Shown in pieces: positions 1-29,989 of a stretch of 64,000 nucleotides of DNA. Made by a program: the position numbers and the translations under genes. The notes below the pieces were generated by a model that searched no databases, was not told the origin of the DNA, and worked only from the letters and a program-made list of their open reading frames with translations. This DNA comes from Macrostomum lignano. Taxonomy: Eukaryota. How positions within the stretch are numbered: position 1 is the stretch's first letter; each line of letters begins with the position of its first letter. Location of the stretch: positions 120,584 to 184,583 of the forward strand of contig NIVC01001643.1 in assembly GCA_002269645.1 (NCBI GenBank). Direction: 5' to 3'.

Positions 1-62
1 TGGAATCGAGCCTGGGCCGCTGGCACATCAGAGCGCCGCGTCAGACCACTGGGCTACGGTGT
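1..62 (-). mobile_element. tRNA-derived SINE-like head (partial, at window edge)
   Basis: The minus strand reads ACCGTAGCCCAGTGGTCTGACGCGGCGCTCTGATGTGCCAGCGGCCCAGGCTCGATTCCA. This has an A-box-like TAGCCCAGTGG and a B-box-like GGCTCGATTCC but no complete cloverleaf. A similar GGCTCGATTCCA occurs near 55457-55468. Confidence 0.4.
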
Positions 63-67
63 TGACT

Positions 68-70
68 AGC

Positions 71-105
<35 letters not shown>

Positions 106-118
106 TAGATACACAGGC

Positions 119-149
<31 letters not shown>

Positions 150-228
150 TAGATACACAGGCAGACAGACAGACTGAAAGACAGACAGACAGACAGACAG
201 ACACACAGACAGACAGACAGACAGACAC

Positions 229-270
<42 letters not shown>

Positions 271-294
271 TGTCAGACAGACAGACAGACAGGC

Positions 295-353
<59 letters not shown>

Positions 354-410
354 GGGACAGACAGATAGATACACAGGCAGACAGACAGACAGACAGATAG
401 ATACACAGGC

Positions 411-441
<31 letters not shown>

Positions 442-535
442 TAGATACACAGGCAGACAGACAGACAGACTGAAAGACAGACAGACAGACAGACAGGCAG
501 ACAGACAGACAGACGGACAGACAGACAGACGGTCA
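68..535. repeat. (AGAC)n microsatellite with variants
   Basis: Directly visible; it explains ORFs 28-545. Confidence 0.97.
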
Positions 536-570
536 CCCAGAACAAGCCCTGATCAAAGCGAGAGACTCAC

Positions 571-1913
571 GGTGACCAAGTGCAGCAGCAGCTCAATAAA
601 AGACGTCAGGATAGTGGGATCCGGTTTCCTAACGACCAAAACTCGTTGAGGCAAATTCTCAGCCCATTTCAGCCTGTGATTGTCGAATTTGCTGTCTTTC
701 AAACCCCTGAAATTGATTAGAAATATATATATCAGACAGATAGTACTCAAACTAGGCTACTGTTAGTAACACAGGTAGTTTATGTAAAAAATCAAAATTA
801 GCCCCGTTTAATAATTAAAAAAATACAAAAACTTAGGATTATTAAAAACGTACGTCATTATTTTGAATTGAAATAAAATCAGAATAAGCAGTGACAAAAA
901 ACACAACACACGAAAACGAGCGTCATGCACTTTAAAAAACACCTTGTCGGTTTCTTCAATTCATTCTGATGAAAAATAAGTTCATGCAATAATGGAAGCT
1001 AATTAGGGAGGAATTAGGGAGCAAATGAGTCAGTTTAAGGGCCGGCTGAAACCTTCACATGGTTTAGAGCGGCCCTGACTTTCGTTAAATTGACACACCG
1101 TACACGCTGAGCTTTAGTGGTTGGCCAAGAGGCTCACTACTGACAGTAGTGTTTCAGCGCCAATGGGTAGATTTTTGGCGACAGGGGGGATTTGGGAGTT
1201 TTTAATTCCAACGAAGAATTTAGCGTCAGAGGAAAGGTCAGCGCCAGAAGGGAATTAAGCGCTAGAAGGGAATTTAACGCTAGAAAGGATTTTTAAGCGC
1301 CAGTAGGGAATTCAGCGCCAGGGGGGACGGGGGAATTTAGTAGATTTTAGCGCCAGGGGAGAATTTAGCGCCAGGGAGAATTTAGTAGATTTTAGCGCCA
1401 GGGGAGAATTCAGTAGATTTTAGCGCCAGGGAGAATTTAGCGCCAGAGAGAATTTTGGAGATTTTAGCGCCAGAGAGAATTGTGCCAGGGGATAATTTAG
1501 CGCCAGGGGGAGAATTTAGGGCACCATTATCTCCAGGAAACACAAACAAGAGTGCACAAAAAATAAAATCTGACCATAATGGTAATTTAAAATAGAATGC
1601 AAAACTAACAAAAGCATAAAACATTGGGACAATTTTCCTCAAACCTCTGAAAGACTGGCTTCCAATGCAGAGTCATGTTACTCCTGGGGTGCCCAGCCTG
1701 ACGTTGAGTTAAATCGCCAGTCAAAGCAGCCCCATCATTGGCAGCTGCAGATGAGTCGGGCGCCGATGTTGGAAAAGAAAAGTCGCCACGTTCTACGTGG
1801 GACCAGGCTGGTTGCTGCTTCTGTTGCTGCTGCTGTTGTTGCAGAAACTGTGAAGTCTCATCAGCACTCAGCACTGCCGCTTTCGACACGTGAAAGCGAC
1901 CGTTATTGGACAT
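571..1913 (-). CDS. Probable NAD kinase, first two coding exons (gene continues off the left edge)
   Basis: Exons are 1913-1645 (MSNNGRF...HWKPVFQR, donor AG|GTTTGA, phase 2) and 706-571 (acceptor TTTCAG, GLKDSKFDNHRLKWAENLPQRVLVVRKPDPTILTSFIELLLHLVT, donor ACC|GTGAGT). The phases match. Exon 2 resembles the recalled animal NADK segment RLTWNKSPKSVLVIKKMRDASLLQPFKELCTHL. The catalytic GGDG motif is not in the window. Confidence 0.5.
1220..1525. repeat. Degenerate short tandem repeat built on TTAGCGCCAG
   Basis: More than ten copies of (TT)AGCGCCAG separated by GGGAGAAT/AGATTT spacers. Confidence 0.8.
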
Positions 1914-3199
1914 TTTTCAAATATTGCTTACAATGTATTTACTCAAATTTCAACTTTACTACTGGGAATAATAAGTAATGTAGTTTGCATACAAAAACTA
2001 TTTATGCACTATTTTTTTTAATTTTTAGTAGATCAACAAATTTCAGTGCAAAACTATTAGGAAATCAAACCATTAATTTTGACTTTTCTGGTCAGACTTG
2101 TTGCCTGAAAAGGAATGAAAATGTAAGACTGGTGGTAAGGAATTTTGCAACATAAGTTTTATTTTAGGCATCTTATAAGCTGTGAATTAGGTGCAAGTTA
2201 GAAATCTATTAAAAAACTACAAAAAAGTTTAAGACTGCTAGAAAGTCCTAAAAAGAGAGAAAAAATTAATTATTGCTAGTGCCATTAAACTCAAAATTTC
2301 TCTAAATATGAAGCATAAGCAATAAGATGCATTGATTAATTCTAAATGCCAAAATACCATCAACCAGAGTGACTGATATAGAAGCCACAGCAAGTCAACT
2401 TACCTAAAAGGTCGCCTAGCAAATGAATGATGACTTCTAGTTTTTGATTGTTCCAGAGCTGCAAGATGCATTTGCTGCAAATAAATATTTTTTGTTTCTA
2501 TATGAGAAGTTTTTATAACTTAAGGTCAAATTCTTAACTATTCTATACAGCTATAATAAAGTTGAAATAAAACCTAATCTAGGGTCTCATATTATTCAAC
2601 AAAATAATTCTAGCATTCTGAATTAAGACCCTAGACTAGATGCCATTTAACTTATATTATATATTTTTGTAATCATTTTACATGAAGTATTGATAATCTT
2701 ATAATTACTGGGACTCTTGAGTCTTGATATGCTTTGAAAAATTTAAATAATCTATAAATAGTCTGCACACTTCTGCAACTGTTATGGGTCAACAAGGCAT
2801 ATATTAACCAGCAAAGTAGAAGATATTTGGCTTGGGCCTATATTAATGAAAAAATAAAACATGCATATAGATTGTCAAAGAATTTATAGGCATTTACATT
2901 ATTTAAAAAAATTAAGAAATTTTAATCAATTCAAATTTTTGTACTATGAATAAATATATAATAATTTAATAAAACTATATATGCAACTTTGGTTCCACAC
3001 AGTAAAACTGCATCAAATACTGTGTTGATATCTGTTGCACATTTCAATGTGAAATTCAACTTGAAATTCAATTCAGGATTTCCCGCACTAAACTAGAGTT
3101 CTTAAGCCTATTCAATATAGAATTCAATGCAGGACTCAATGCGAGATTTGCAAGTTTTTTTAATGTTGGGATAATGTCAAATGTGCTTTGGGTCAAGGC

Positions 3200-6100
3200 A
3201 CTGAACTCTCATGGCTACCTAGCGGAGAGGGCATGCTTAAGCAGCTAGAGCTGAGGCCATGAAGGAGTTGAAGCACTAATCAGACCAAGGCTACAGCAGA
3301 CTGGCAGAGCTGTCGCTGCATCTCCCTGTCTGACTGGCTGCTTTGTGTCAATGTCTGCAGCTTCGAGTGGAATGCTTGCCTAGCTGTTCTGTGTGTACAC
3401 ACCTTCTGCCACGCAAGATAATGAGGCTCAAGTCTTCTTCAAGCACTCTCGGAGCAGGTGGAGATGGCGTAGTGTCACACAGTGGTCATCCTCAAAAACC
3501 TGAATTCAATTTTGCTTAGGTCCAAGTGGTCACTGTTTGTGACACTGCACAAGAATGGCAATACTAAAGTGCTGGAGGACTTCCTGGAAAGGCATGACAT
3601 AGTGTTGGCAAGCTCGCGAACTTGTAAGGCTGCAAGCAGAGACAGAGGAATGCACTCGGCCAGGATGCAACATGGAGCCAGGCACAGGTTGATCACGTGC
3701 TTGTGCATCTTTGTGAGCGCCACCGCGCCATCAACTGCTATACTATCATGCCGCTGGCTCTGCAGTCTGACCATTGGCTTTTTATCTGCAACCTGCATCT
3801 ACACAATCTGCTTTACTGTCCGCCAAAGCGGCCTCTGCGGAGCTTCTATTGTGCACTCAAGGACACCCAGGCATGTTGCCATTTTGTCAGCACTTTTGTC
3901 AGCATGCCTTGCAACAAGTGCAGGTGTGTTAAGTATATGGAGGTAAGTGCTGCAGTTAGAGTAAGCAGTCCCAATGATGCAATTGGCCTAACAAAGGCAG
4001 CTAGTCTGGCAGGATAACCTTGCAATGCAAGCAAGGGTAAAGCAGGAGAGGCTCCATCTTAGCAGGTGGCCAAACCACAAGGCAGAGGCTCTGGCAGCTG
4101 TCTACCTGCAGCGGCAATAGGCCACTATTGATGATACTATCCAATCCACCGATGCTGGAACTAACACCAAAGGGTGCGGGGCCTGGTTGCCATCAACACT
4201 CTGACAGGTGGAAGCTGCGCATCCCACTCAAACTGGCTGGCAACAACTCTAGATGAGCATTTTAGAACAGGCATGGCTGGAGATTCAACCTTCATGCTGC
4301 CCTACTAGCCGACCCAGGGGTACATATCCTGCTAGGTCCACATGGACAGACTGGGAAATGGTGCCAGTCACCTTTCTAGAGCAAATTGGCATTTGGCTTT
4401 AGTTGTTAAGGGTACAGATTTATCCTGGTATATTTACCTGTGCGTAACCACCTTCACCTCCCTTGTGGACTACTGCTCTAACTGTAGATTTGAGCTGCTA
4501 GTGGCGGGGCGATGTCAATATCCCAACACTCACTGGGGCAGTAAAATTTCAATAGCAGAGGCCAAGGAACTCCTTGCTTACCACTGCACCACCAATACTG
4601 AGTTTTTTTAGCATTGGTATATAATAGCCCATGCGAACTCCACTGGTTACAGTTAGAACTTTACAAGAAAGCTTGAGCAATTGCAAGTCAGTGCACGCAT
4701 ATATATATATTTAATGGGTATAATGTAGATTAGTATAGGATATACGTATACGCAAGGATGAGCAATCAATGAGGTGCACACTTAAGAAATAACCAATGTG
4801 CCCATGCAACCCTACACCCAAGCAACACCAAGAACACCCAAGATCAGTCCAGTGGCACTTTGGTTGTGGAACCCCTATCTTTGACAATGGGCAATAGATA
4901 GAGGCCCATGACACAACCCTTGTCTCCCACAGTTTGGCTCTTCTAGTCAAGGACTAGGGGTGTAAGACAAAGAGGAGTCTCTGTCTGACCATCACTTTGT
5001 TCATTTTTTGTTGCAATCCTCTTGCTTCAAGCCTAGCATCCTATGGAAAAGGAACATCTGGAACTCTGACTGGACGGCTTTCACTGAAACCCTGAAATGC
5101 CAAATAGATCAGCTGACCACTGGCGTTCCTACCACCTAGCTGTCACGAAATGGATGACTTTGCAGACTTTCTCAGCACGACTGTTTTGATAGCCCATGAA
5201 GCCTCCAATCAAGGCCTAAAAAAGCAATAAATCCACTCTTGGTGGCACCTAGCACTTAGATCCCTCTGGCACAAGGCAAAGTGCCTTCAATGGAAAACTT
5301 GCAAGAGCAAGGACCCTGCTTATCAGTATGCAATTTGTGACTTTAGGTGTGAAACCAGGAAAGCCAAGTCTGACACATGGCACCAATACTGCGTGGAGTT
5401 TGAAGGCAGGTCTACCCTACTTTACGCGTGGTTAAGGCTCTCACCCTCAACAAAATTTCAAAGCTCTCAGTCATTAAAAGACCGGATGGCTAGCTTGCTG
5501 AGAACCCCGGGGAATCACTGGACATTATGCTTACTAGCTCTTTCCCACATGCCACATGGTAGCTAAACCCACTGGACCACTCTCTAGGCAGACAGATCTT
5601 GGCTTCGACCATTATTACCAGAGAAAAGATGGCTGACACTGCAAAATCTTTCTCTCCTTTTAAGTCACCAGGACCTAACAACATTTATCCTGGCTTCTTA
5701 TAAGAGGCAGTTAAAAATGACTAGTTTTTTTACCTCCTCTGCAACCTCTTCAAGGCTAGCATTATGGGTCCTGAAATTCTGGGGCACGCATGAGAACCTT
5801 ACCTGCTGGATAATGCATATGCTCTCCTATCATACTGCCACCTTGCACCTCCTGAAACACTCCCACTCTGTAGAGGTCCAGAAAGGTAGACTGCAATGTG
5901 GGGTCCTTAGCCCAATTCTCTGGAACTTGGTCATGGACGAGCTGCTTTGCAGCCTGTAGCCAGACTCAGTTTAGAAGGTTGGTTACTTGAATGATATTAC
6001 TGCCACTGTGGCTAGACCATTACCCACGGTCCTCAGAGACCTCCTCCAAGCCTTCATCCACTGTGTTGAGTGCTGGGCATACAGCTGCAGCCTCAGGTTC

Positions 6101-6420
6101 TTTGAGTCTAAAACCGTGGCTATCATGTTCACTAGCTGCTGAAATTGGAGGATCGAATTGCTCTCCTTCTATGGCAAACCTGTTGGTAAAACAAACCAGA
6201 TATCTGGGCATCCCCCTTGACCATAGGTTGAGTTGAACCCACATGTCTAAACCAAAGCCCTCAAAGCTCTCGCAACTCTTGCATAGATCTGCAGAGCTTT
6301 TAGTGCTATGTGGGGTCTCATCCCTGCCCATGCAACAGTTGGCCAATCTGGCTGACTGATTTGGCGGCCAACCAAGGTAAGTTGCAAAAATGCCTACTTG
6401 AATAAATACCCAAGTAATAC
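3200..6420 (+). pseudogene. Decayed non-LTR retrotransposon (LOA/R1-like) remnant
   Basis: Broken frames retain an APE-like NTHWGS (~4520), an RT motif [19 protein letters not shown] (~5890-5945), YLGIPLDHRL (~6200) and RAFSAMWGLI (~6295). These parallel motifs in the intact ORF2 at 31478-35296. There are many stops and frameshifts, and the boundaries are approximate. Confidence 0.75.
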
Positions 6421-9288
6421 TAAGTAGAGGATGAGGCATTTTTCCTTAAAATGACAGTCATAGTGACTCTTGCCGTTTACCCAAAGTTGCATTTTTTTGC
6501 TTTAGGGTTTCTTTCACATGTAAGTCGCATTTTTGGCCAAAAATGACATTGCATTTTTTTTAAACTAAGTCACACAACCAACCAAATTTTGGAGGTTGCA
6601 CATGTATGCCCCCACTATCTCTGGTGGATTTACACTGCCATTGTAAGACTAGCCATCTTCTTCGCCAACTATTATAGACATTAAGCTAAGTGCCAACCTG
6701 CAAGTCTAGCTAAGTAGCCAGTCATGGATAAACAGCAAGTGTGGCAAAGTTAGGTAGTCTAACTTCTACCACTCTCAGATGTGCCTGTTGACCTTCTGCC
6801 TCTATCAGGGCTTTACTAAAATCCCACATTGAATTCTATATATTGATCATCCTGCATTGAATCTCATATTAAATTCGCTTTGAATATTGAATTGAATAGG
6901 CTTAAGAACTCAAGTTGAGATTAGAGCGGGAAATCTCATAAAATTCTGCATTGAATCCTGCATTGAATTCTACAATGAATTCTGCATTGAATAGGCTTAA
7001 GAACTCAAGTAGCCAATAGCCAATAGTGCAAACAGTGTCTAGTATAGATTGGCCCTTAGTAGTCCAGGCACAATTTGGCATATTGGAGTATAGTTTGCAT
7101 GAGAAATGGGAATGTAAATGTCTAGTGCAGTTTAGAACTTGGCTAGGCCCTACAATAGGCTAGACTAAGGGAGTTGCTACATAAGGTACTAGTCGTTTTG
7201 GTGACAAATAGTCGTTTCGGTGACAAGTTGCTATTGTGATAGACACACTTCATTTTCAATGAAAAATCTAAGATTTCATGAGTATTGTCATTTTAGTGAT
7301 AAAAGGCATTTCATAATATATGGTTGTAATTATTTTGTTAAGATTTATGTTTCATAATATATTTAAAAATTTTTATCAAAAGAATATATTTAAGAAAAGA
7401 AAGCAAACTGATTATATTGTTTTCTTCCTATGCAGATTGTTTTGAATTGTCCCAGAGTGTTCAGATACAAACCATAAACCTATAGAGAATCCTCATGAAA
7501 TATTGAAATGCAGACCACGAGAAAGGCGGAGATATTCACTCATCGACACTTGCATGTTTAAATTGGAAAACATAATTCAAAAGACTGCAACTCTATAATT
7601 GTTAATAAACAAAATTAAATACAGAAATACTTAAATAATAGCACTGCACATATCTTTAAAAAGTTCATCGAATAATCTTTTCTTTTAAAAATTAAATTAC
7701 TATAACAAACGAATAAATTTAAACGGTGCATTGACTAAAGCAATATACAATAGAAAAAATTAATTGGTCGAAATTTCTGACCGTCTTCTAGAGAAGATTG
7801 TCCTGAGTAAAAAGCCGACGAAATGATTTAAGGGATGCGTAATAGTCATGCAAATTGACGGTAACGCAGGGTTATCTACTATTAAATTATTATGTCTAAA
7901 AGAATTATGCTTATAGATTTTATAGTTCTTGATTACAAATTTAAACAGTAGGCTAAATGTGTGTACATGTAATATAGCTAGTCTTATAGATTTTAAAGAG
8001 GCATATTAACTCAAACTACTCGCATGTCAGGGTCTCTTGCTCCCACACGTGCTCTAGCAGGGCCAGGCTCATTCACCTCGAGCCAATTACCCGGTTCTCC
8101 CCATGCCACGACGTTTGGCAGGCCCACGAGAGCATACCTCTTAATCTCGCCTGCGGTACCCCTGGGACAGGGGAGCCGAGTTGTTCCACCATGCACCGCC
8201 GGGGGAGCACACCATGCTGCAGGCGAGACCGACGCCCCCCTGAGCGACTCAGCTTTCTTTTTCCTTTTGGTCGCCGGCCATCAGGGCCATGCAGCGGAAT
8301 GCCCATGGGTCTGTCTCCTCTGCCTCTCTTCGCTGCAGCATGCGCCGGTCGATGCCCCCTGCAGATACCGGAAGTTGGTGCCGCGGATTTTCTCCAATTC
8401 TTACTACCAACGACGATGTCGACATGGAATTTTGACGCTAAATTAAGCGAAGAAGTGAATTTCGCATTCTTGGCTAAGCCGACGATCTTGCCCGCGGCTT
8501 TTTATCCTTCCTTAACCGTCTTTGACAGAATTCAAGTAAATTTTCTGGTACTTGCAAAAATTAAAAAGAAAAGAAATTAGCAAGAAAATCTTTTGCTATC
8601 CTAGTCCATCAGCCAACAGTTAGGCGAGGACGAAAAACAGTTACTCGGCTACTATATAGCATTATTTTCCTTTAGCTTTATTTATTTATCAATCGAGATG
8701 CAGGCTCAAAAAATCCCAATCAATTAACGTTAGTACGCGTATTATAGCAATTTCCTAATCAATACTTTGCGAGAAAATTATTGAATTTGAAAGAGAAATA
8801 CCGAAACAGCATGTCAATCTTAAAAATAATCAATAGTTTTTTCCATTTAAGTATACATGCCGTAATTCTATTTTATAATTACGCCAAAACCAAAGGTAGG
8901 GTAAAACAAAATCTTCGACTTGTTTTACTAGCCTGGTAACCGTTTTTTTGTTAAAATCGATTGATACATTATTAGTGCAATACATTATAATACACTAAAT
9001 TATATTGCATGATTAATTAGACAATAACAGCAAAATTATAATGCCAGATTTTGAATATATATATTATTAACGTCGTTATTAAACTACTATAATTGTCAAC
9101 TATAAATTAGATTGTTGATTAGCGAGCCGCTTTGCTTTCAAGTGTGTCACATTACTGCCAAAACGTCAGATTTATAGTCTCGCAAGCTATAAATACGATC
9201 GTGAATATGATAAGATAAGATTTGACAAATAATCCCGGCCACACTGCTGTCCGCAATTATTTCAGTTCGAGATGCCGTCAGCCAGCAA

Positions 9289-25423
<16,135 letters not shown>

Positions 25424-25525
25424 ATTGTCCGCTTCTTTATTCTCTTAATAGTTTATACAGACCAATTAAATTGACTCTCAGAGGCCCGTGTGTATCGATA
25501 TTAAAAGAAGCAAAATGATTTTTGG

Positions 25526-25535
25526 GATTCGTCCG
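25526..25535 (-). promoter_or_regulatory. Candidate TATA box of the NPF gene (TATATAAAAG)
   Basis: A consensus TATA box on the coding strand about 100 nt upstream of the ATG, with GC-rich sequence further upstream. The TSS is not known. Confidence 0.5.
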
Positions 25536-25959
25536 CTTTTATATAGGGATTCGGGGGGGGGGGTCGGCCCGGCTTATGGGATGTCGCTAGTCCGCGTCCC
25601 CTTGACTCTTCCCTTTCTCCAATTTTGGATCGTCAGCGTGTGGGATGCAGCGCTCAGACTTCCCCACCTCCGCGCCCCCCTCCTCACCTCTCCTTGGCCA
25701 GTGAGGATTCGAGGTACCGTCATTCTCTTGTTGGGATTTGGGAAAGAAACTATCGAGAACTGATACATTTTACGGTGGGAAAATGTGAAAATTTCTTGTA
25801 AACCTGTAAATGTGACATTATTTCAGCGTGGCATGGATCAAGAGAGATTTGAAGAATTGGGTGAGATATGGGCTGTGAAAGGTCAGCTTTGTGAGAATAA
25901 GGTGAGAAAGGGTGACATTGAGGTGAGACTAGGGTGCAGCTGGAGCAAGATTAGGATGA

Positions 25960-26415
25960 AGATTGGGGTGAGATGTGGCGAGATGAAATGAGACAGGGTG
26001 AGATGAGGTGAGATGAGATAGGGTGAGATGGGGTTAGATAGGAGACTGGGTAAAATGAGGTGAGATGAAATGAGACAGGGTGAGATGAGGTGAGATGAGA
26101 TAGGATGAAATGGGGTTAGATAGGAGACTGGGTAAAATGAGGTGAGATGAAATGAGACTGGGAGAGATGAGGTGAGATGAGATAGGGTGAGATGGGGTTA
26201 GATGAAATGAGACTGGGATAGATGAGGTGAGATGAGATAGGGTGAGATGGGGTTAGATGAAATGAGACTGGGAGAGATGAGATAGGGTGAGATGGGGTTA
26301 GATGAAATGAGACTGGGAGAGATGAGGTGAGATGAGACAGGGTGAGATGAGGTGAGATGAGATAGGGTGAGATGGGGTTAGATGAAATGAGACAGGGCGA
26401 GATGAGGTGAGATTG
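25960..26415. repeat. GAGAT/GATGA pentamer-based simple repeat
   Basis: Directly visible. Confidence 0.9.
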
Positions 26416-27189
26416 CACGCACATAAGCGAGCTGAGCTGAGCTGTTATGAAGTGGACTGAGACTGCAGGTTGAGGGGAACAAGCAAGAGCTGTATTGGCC
26501 GGATGGGAAAGCAGAAGTGAAACGGGACGACCTGAGGATGACACGGCAGCAATATGGCAGTAAAATGTAGGCTATGAGATATTCGCAGCAGCTCTGGGGC
26601 ACGCTGTCTTTCTTCATGCAAGCGGAAACAAAACGACAGATTTAATCAACTAATGAGCTGCCGAAACAGCCACAATGCACTGGAGATGAGGTTGCAGTTT
26701 GTGTGCCTGCAAAAAAGGATCAATTTTAAAACTTTTTTATCTCAGGCCGTGCGCATTTTTAGCAGATTTAAAAAAATAGTTCTAATTAAGAGGTAAACAA
26801 ATAAACCGAAAGCTGACACATTTTATATTTTTAGCGTCTGACTATAACAAATGACCTGTTTCCAATCCAGATCTGTAGGTTCTAGATGGCCATGGACAAG
26901 CAATAACCCAGCCATATAAGGATATTGTGTGTGTGGGGTGAGCAGACGATATTATAAGACACAGGAAGTGGGGCAGTGGAGATTCGCCTACTTTACAGGA
27001 TGAAACACAGGATGCCCAACAGCTGTGGTTCAACACTCGTCCACAGTGACTGACGGGCGCGAGTGAAATTTCCAGAATAATTACGAGTATTCATCTTCTC
27101 GGACACCTGACCGACTCACGCGGGAGATTTACTGAATTCATTCCCTTGGGCTTGTGAAATATTATGCTGCGTGAATCAATCAGCTGGTT

Positions 27190-27539
27190 GTCAGTCAATC
27201 AATCAAATAATCAACTAGTAATCAGTCAATCAATCAATCAATCAATCAACTGGTAGTCAGTCAATCAATCAATCAGCTGTCCAATCAGTCAACCAACCAA
27301 TCAACCAATCAATAAATCAATCAACCAATCAACAAATGAATCAGTCAAACAATCAATCAATCAATCAATCAACTGGTAATCAGTCAATCAATCAATCAGC
27401 TGTCCAATCAGTCAACCAACCAACCAACCAACCAATCAATCAATCAACCAATGAATCAGTCAAACAATCAATCAATCAGTCAATCAATCAATCAAAAAAT
27501 CAGTCAGTCAATCACTGAATCAATCAATCAATAAAACAG

Positions 27540-27587
<48 letters not shown>

Positions 27588-27591
27588 ACAG

Positions 27592-27629
<38 letters not shown>

Positions 27630-27745
27630 TGTCAATCAGTCAATCAATCCATCAGTCAATCAATAAATCAATCAGTCAATCAATCAATAAAACAGTCAAG
27701 CAATCAATCAATCAATCCATCAGTCAATCAATCAATCAGTCAATT
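27190..27745. repeat. (CAAT)n microsatellite
   Basis: Directly visible. Confidence 0.95.
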
Positions 27746-28464
27746 GATCATGGATCAATCAGTTCAAAATATTTGAGTAAGTGGGCGCTATCTAAATTTT
27801 AGATTTTAGCAAATTAGAGAAAAATTAGAGAAAAATCAATTCGGGAAATTTACTCGCTAAAATGTTTCCCTACAAGAAGTCGCAGTTGGGTTAGTGTCAA
27901 CTTTTAATTAAACACCTATACATTTATTACATCATTAAATCATCTTCGAACTAAGAATTATTACCCTCACAAGCAAGCACAGGCAATCTAGTTGAAAGCC
28001 AGTAGTGTTTTCTGGCGGAGCTGCACGAGAGCGAGGTCAATCAAGGTCAAGGTCGAGCGTGGGCGTCAACAGCTGCGCATCAGTATTTTTATTATCGGCC
28101 CTACTCAGTCAGAGATGAATTATTATTCCCGAGCTCTGTTTCTTTCTATAAATAAACTTTCTATTTGTGGCATTTCAATTGAAATTTGATCCGACACGTC
28201 AGGCGACATCTGGAAACTAGAAAACCGCATCAACTATAAGTAAATTTTGAAATTTCTGCTGCAAGCTCGCTTCAAATTAACCTCGGTCAATGAAATCCGA
28301 GTTCAATAGATTCACTTAGTTATGCCAGCAATAAGACATGCGGCGCGAGTCATTGTTTAGCAGATTTTTTATATTAAAGACAGTCAGAAGACGCTACGAC
28401 AGACACTAATATATCTAGGCTGTAAGACAGAGAAACAGCGAGGCAGATACTAGGAAAGATAGTA

Positions 28465-28515
<51 letters not shown>

Positions 28516-28524
28516 TAGACAGAA

Positions 28525-28555
<31 letters not shown>

Positions 28556-28564
28556 TAGACAGAA

Positions 28565-28611
<47 letters not shown>

Positions 28612-28642
28612 TAAACAGACAGACAGATAAACAGACAGATAA

Positions 28643-28683
<41 letters not shown>

Positions 28684-28720
28684 TAAACAGACAGACAGAC
28701 AGACAGACAGATAGACAGAA

Positions 28721-28753
<33 letters not shown>

Positions 28754-28842
28754 CACAGACAGATAAACAGACAGATAAACAGATAAACAGACAGACAGAC
28801 AAACAGACAGATAAACAGACAGACAGATAAACAGACAGATAA

Positions 28843-28903
<61 letters not shown>

Positions 28904-29068
28904 TAGACAGAAAGACAGACAGACAGACAGACAGACACACAGACAGACAGACAGATAAACAGACAGATAAACAGATAAACAGACAGACAGACAAACAGAC
29001 AGATAAACAGACAGACAGACAAACAGACAGATAAACAGACAGACAGACAGAGACACACAGACAGATAA

Positions 29069-29108
<40 letters not shown>

Positions 29109-29124
29109 GCAGACAGACAGATAA

Positions 29125-29156
<32 letters not shown>

Positions 29157-29172
29157 GCAGACAGACAGATAA

Positions 29173-29241
<69 letters not shown>

Positions 29242-29242
29242 A
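28465..29242. repeat. (AGAC)n microsatellite
   Basis: Directly visible. Confidence 0.97.
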
Positions 29243-29989
29243 CACTGAGACAAAGACAGAAGCTACTCAAGACAGCCAGCATCAAAAGCCGCAGCAGAAG
29301 ACAAGAAGCGAGATGAAACCGGTCATAAGGTTAAAAAACTGCAAGTTCCGAGCACTAAAACCGGCCTCCTCCATTTCATTAACCGCGCCTTTCAGTTTTC
29401 AATTATAACCGAACGCCTTTTCCACACGCACGGCAGGGTGCGTGAGCGGCATAATGGAGACAGCGAAGCCCCGCGACAAAAAGCGACTGACTGTGGAGCA
29501 ATTAAAGACCGCGCTGCAGCTTGATGCCGGCATTGAAAAGAGGGGCCTACTTATTCAATATCAGTCAATCAACCTGTCTAGCTACCTATCACGCTCCACT
29601 ACGAGATTCTGAGCTACGCGAACAAACGATTGAATGGCCGCTTTTGTCGCGAAGCTGAGCTGCAATTTATTTTGCAATAGCAAGGTAGAGTAAGTGGCAT
29701 CAAGGTCTTCAAGGGGCTCGGATGGTGCAGACTACTAACTGTTCATCGTTCTGTTTGACTGTCTCGTCAATACCATTAAAAATTCTCGATCAAACGCCCA
29801 CACACTCGGATCCGTATGAACAGTAAAAAAGTATAAATCATAGCGAATTAGACTCGCAATATGAGACAATACACGAGGTACGAGCTGAGATTAAAAAACA
29901 CGGTTTTACCATCAGTAAGAAAAACAAAAGCATGTCAAAACAGCAAGAGATAAGTGTCCAACAACTTCAAGACAATTGTGCTAAACCTA

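Noticed and set aside
8011-8580. GC-rich patch with overlapping ORFs and a possible + strand exon (IPEVGAADF...DRIQ)
   Set aside because: There is no recognisable domain or partner exon. It may be a repeat fragment and cannot be supported from sequence alone.
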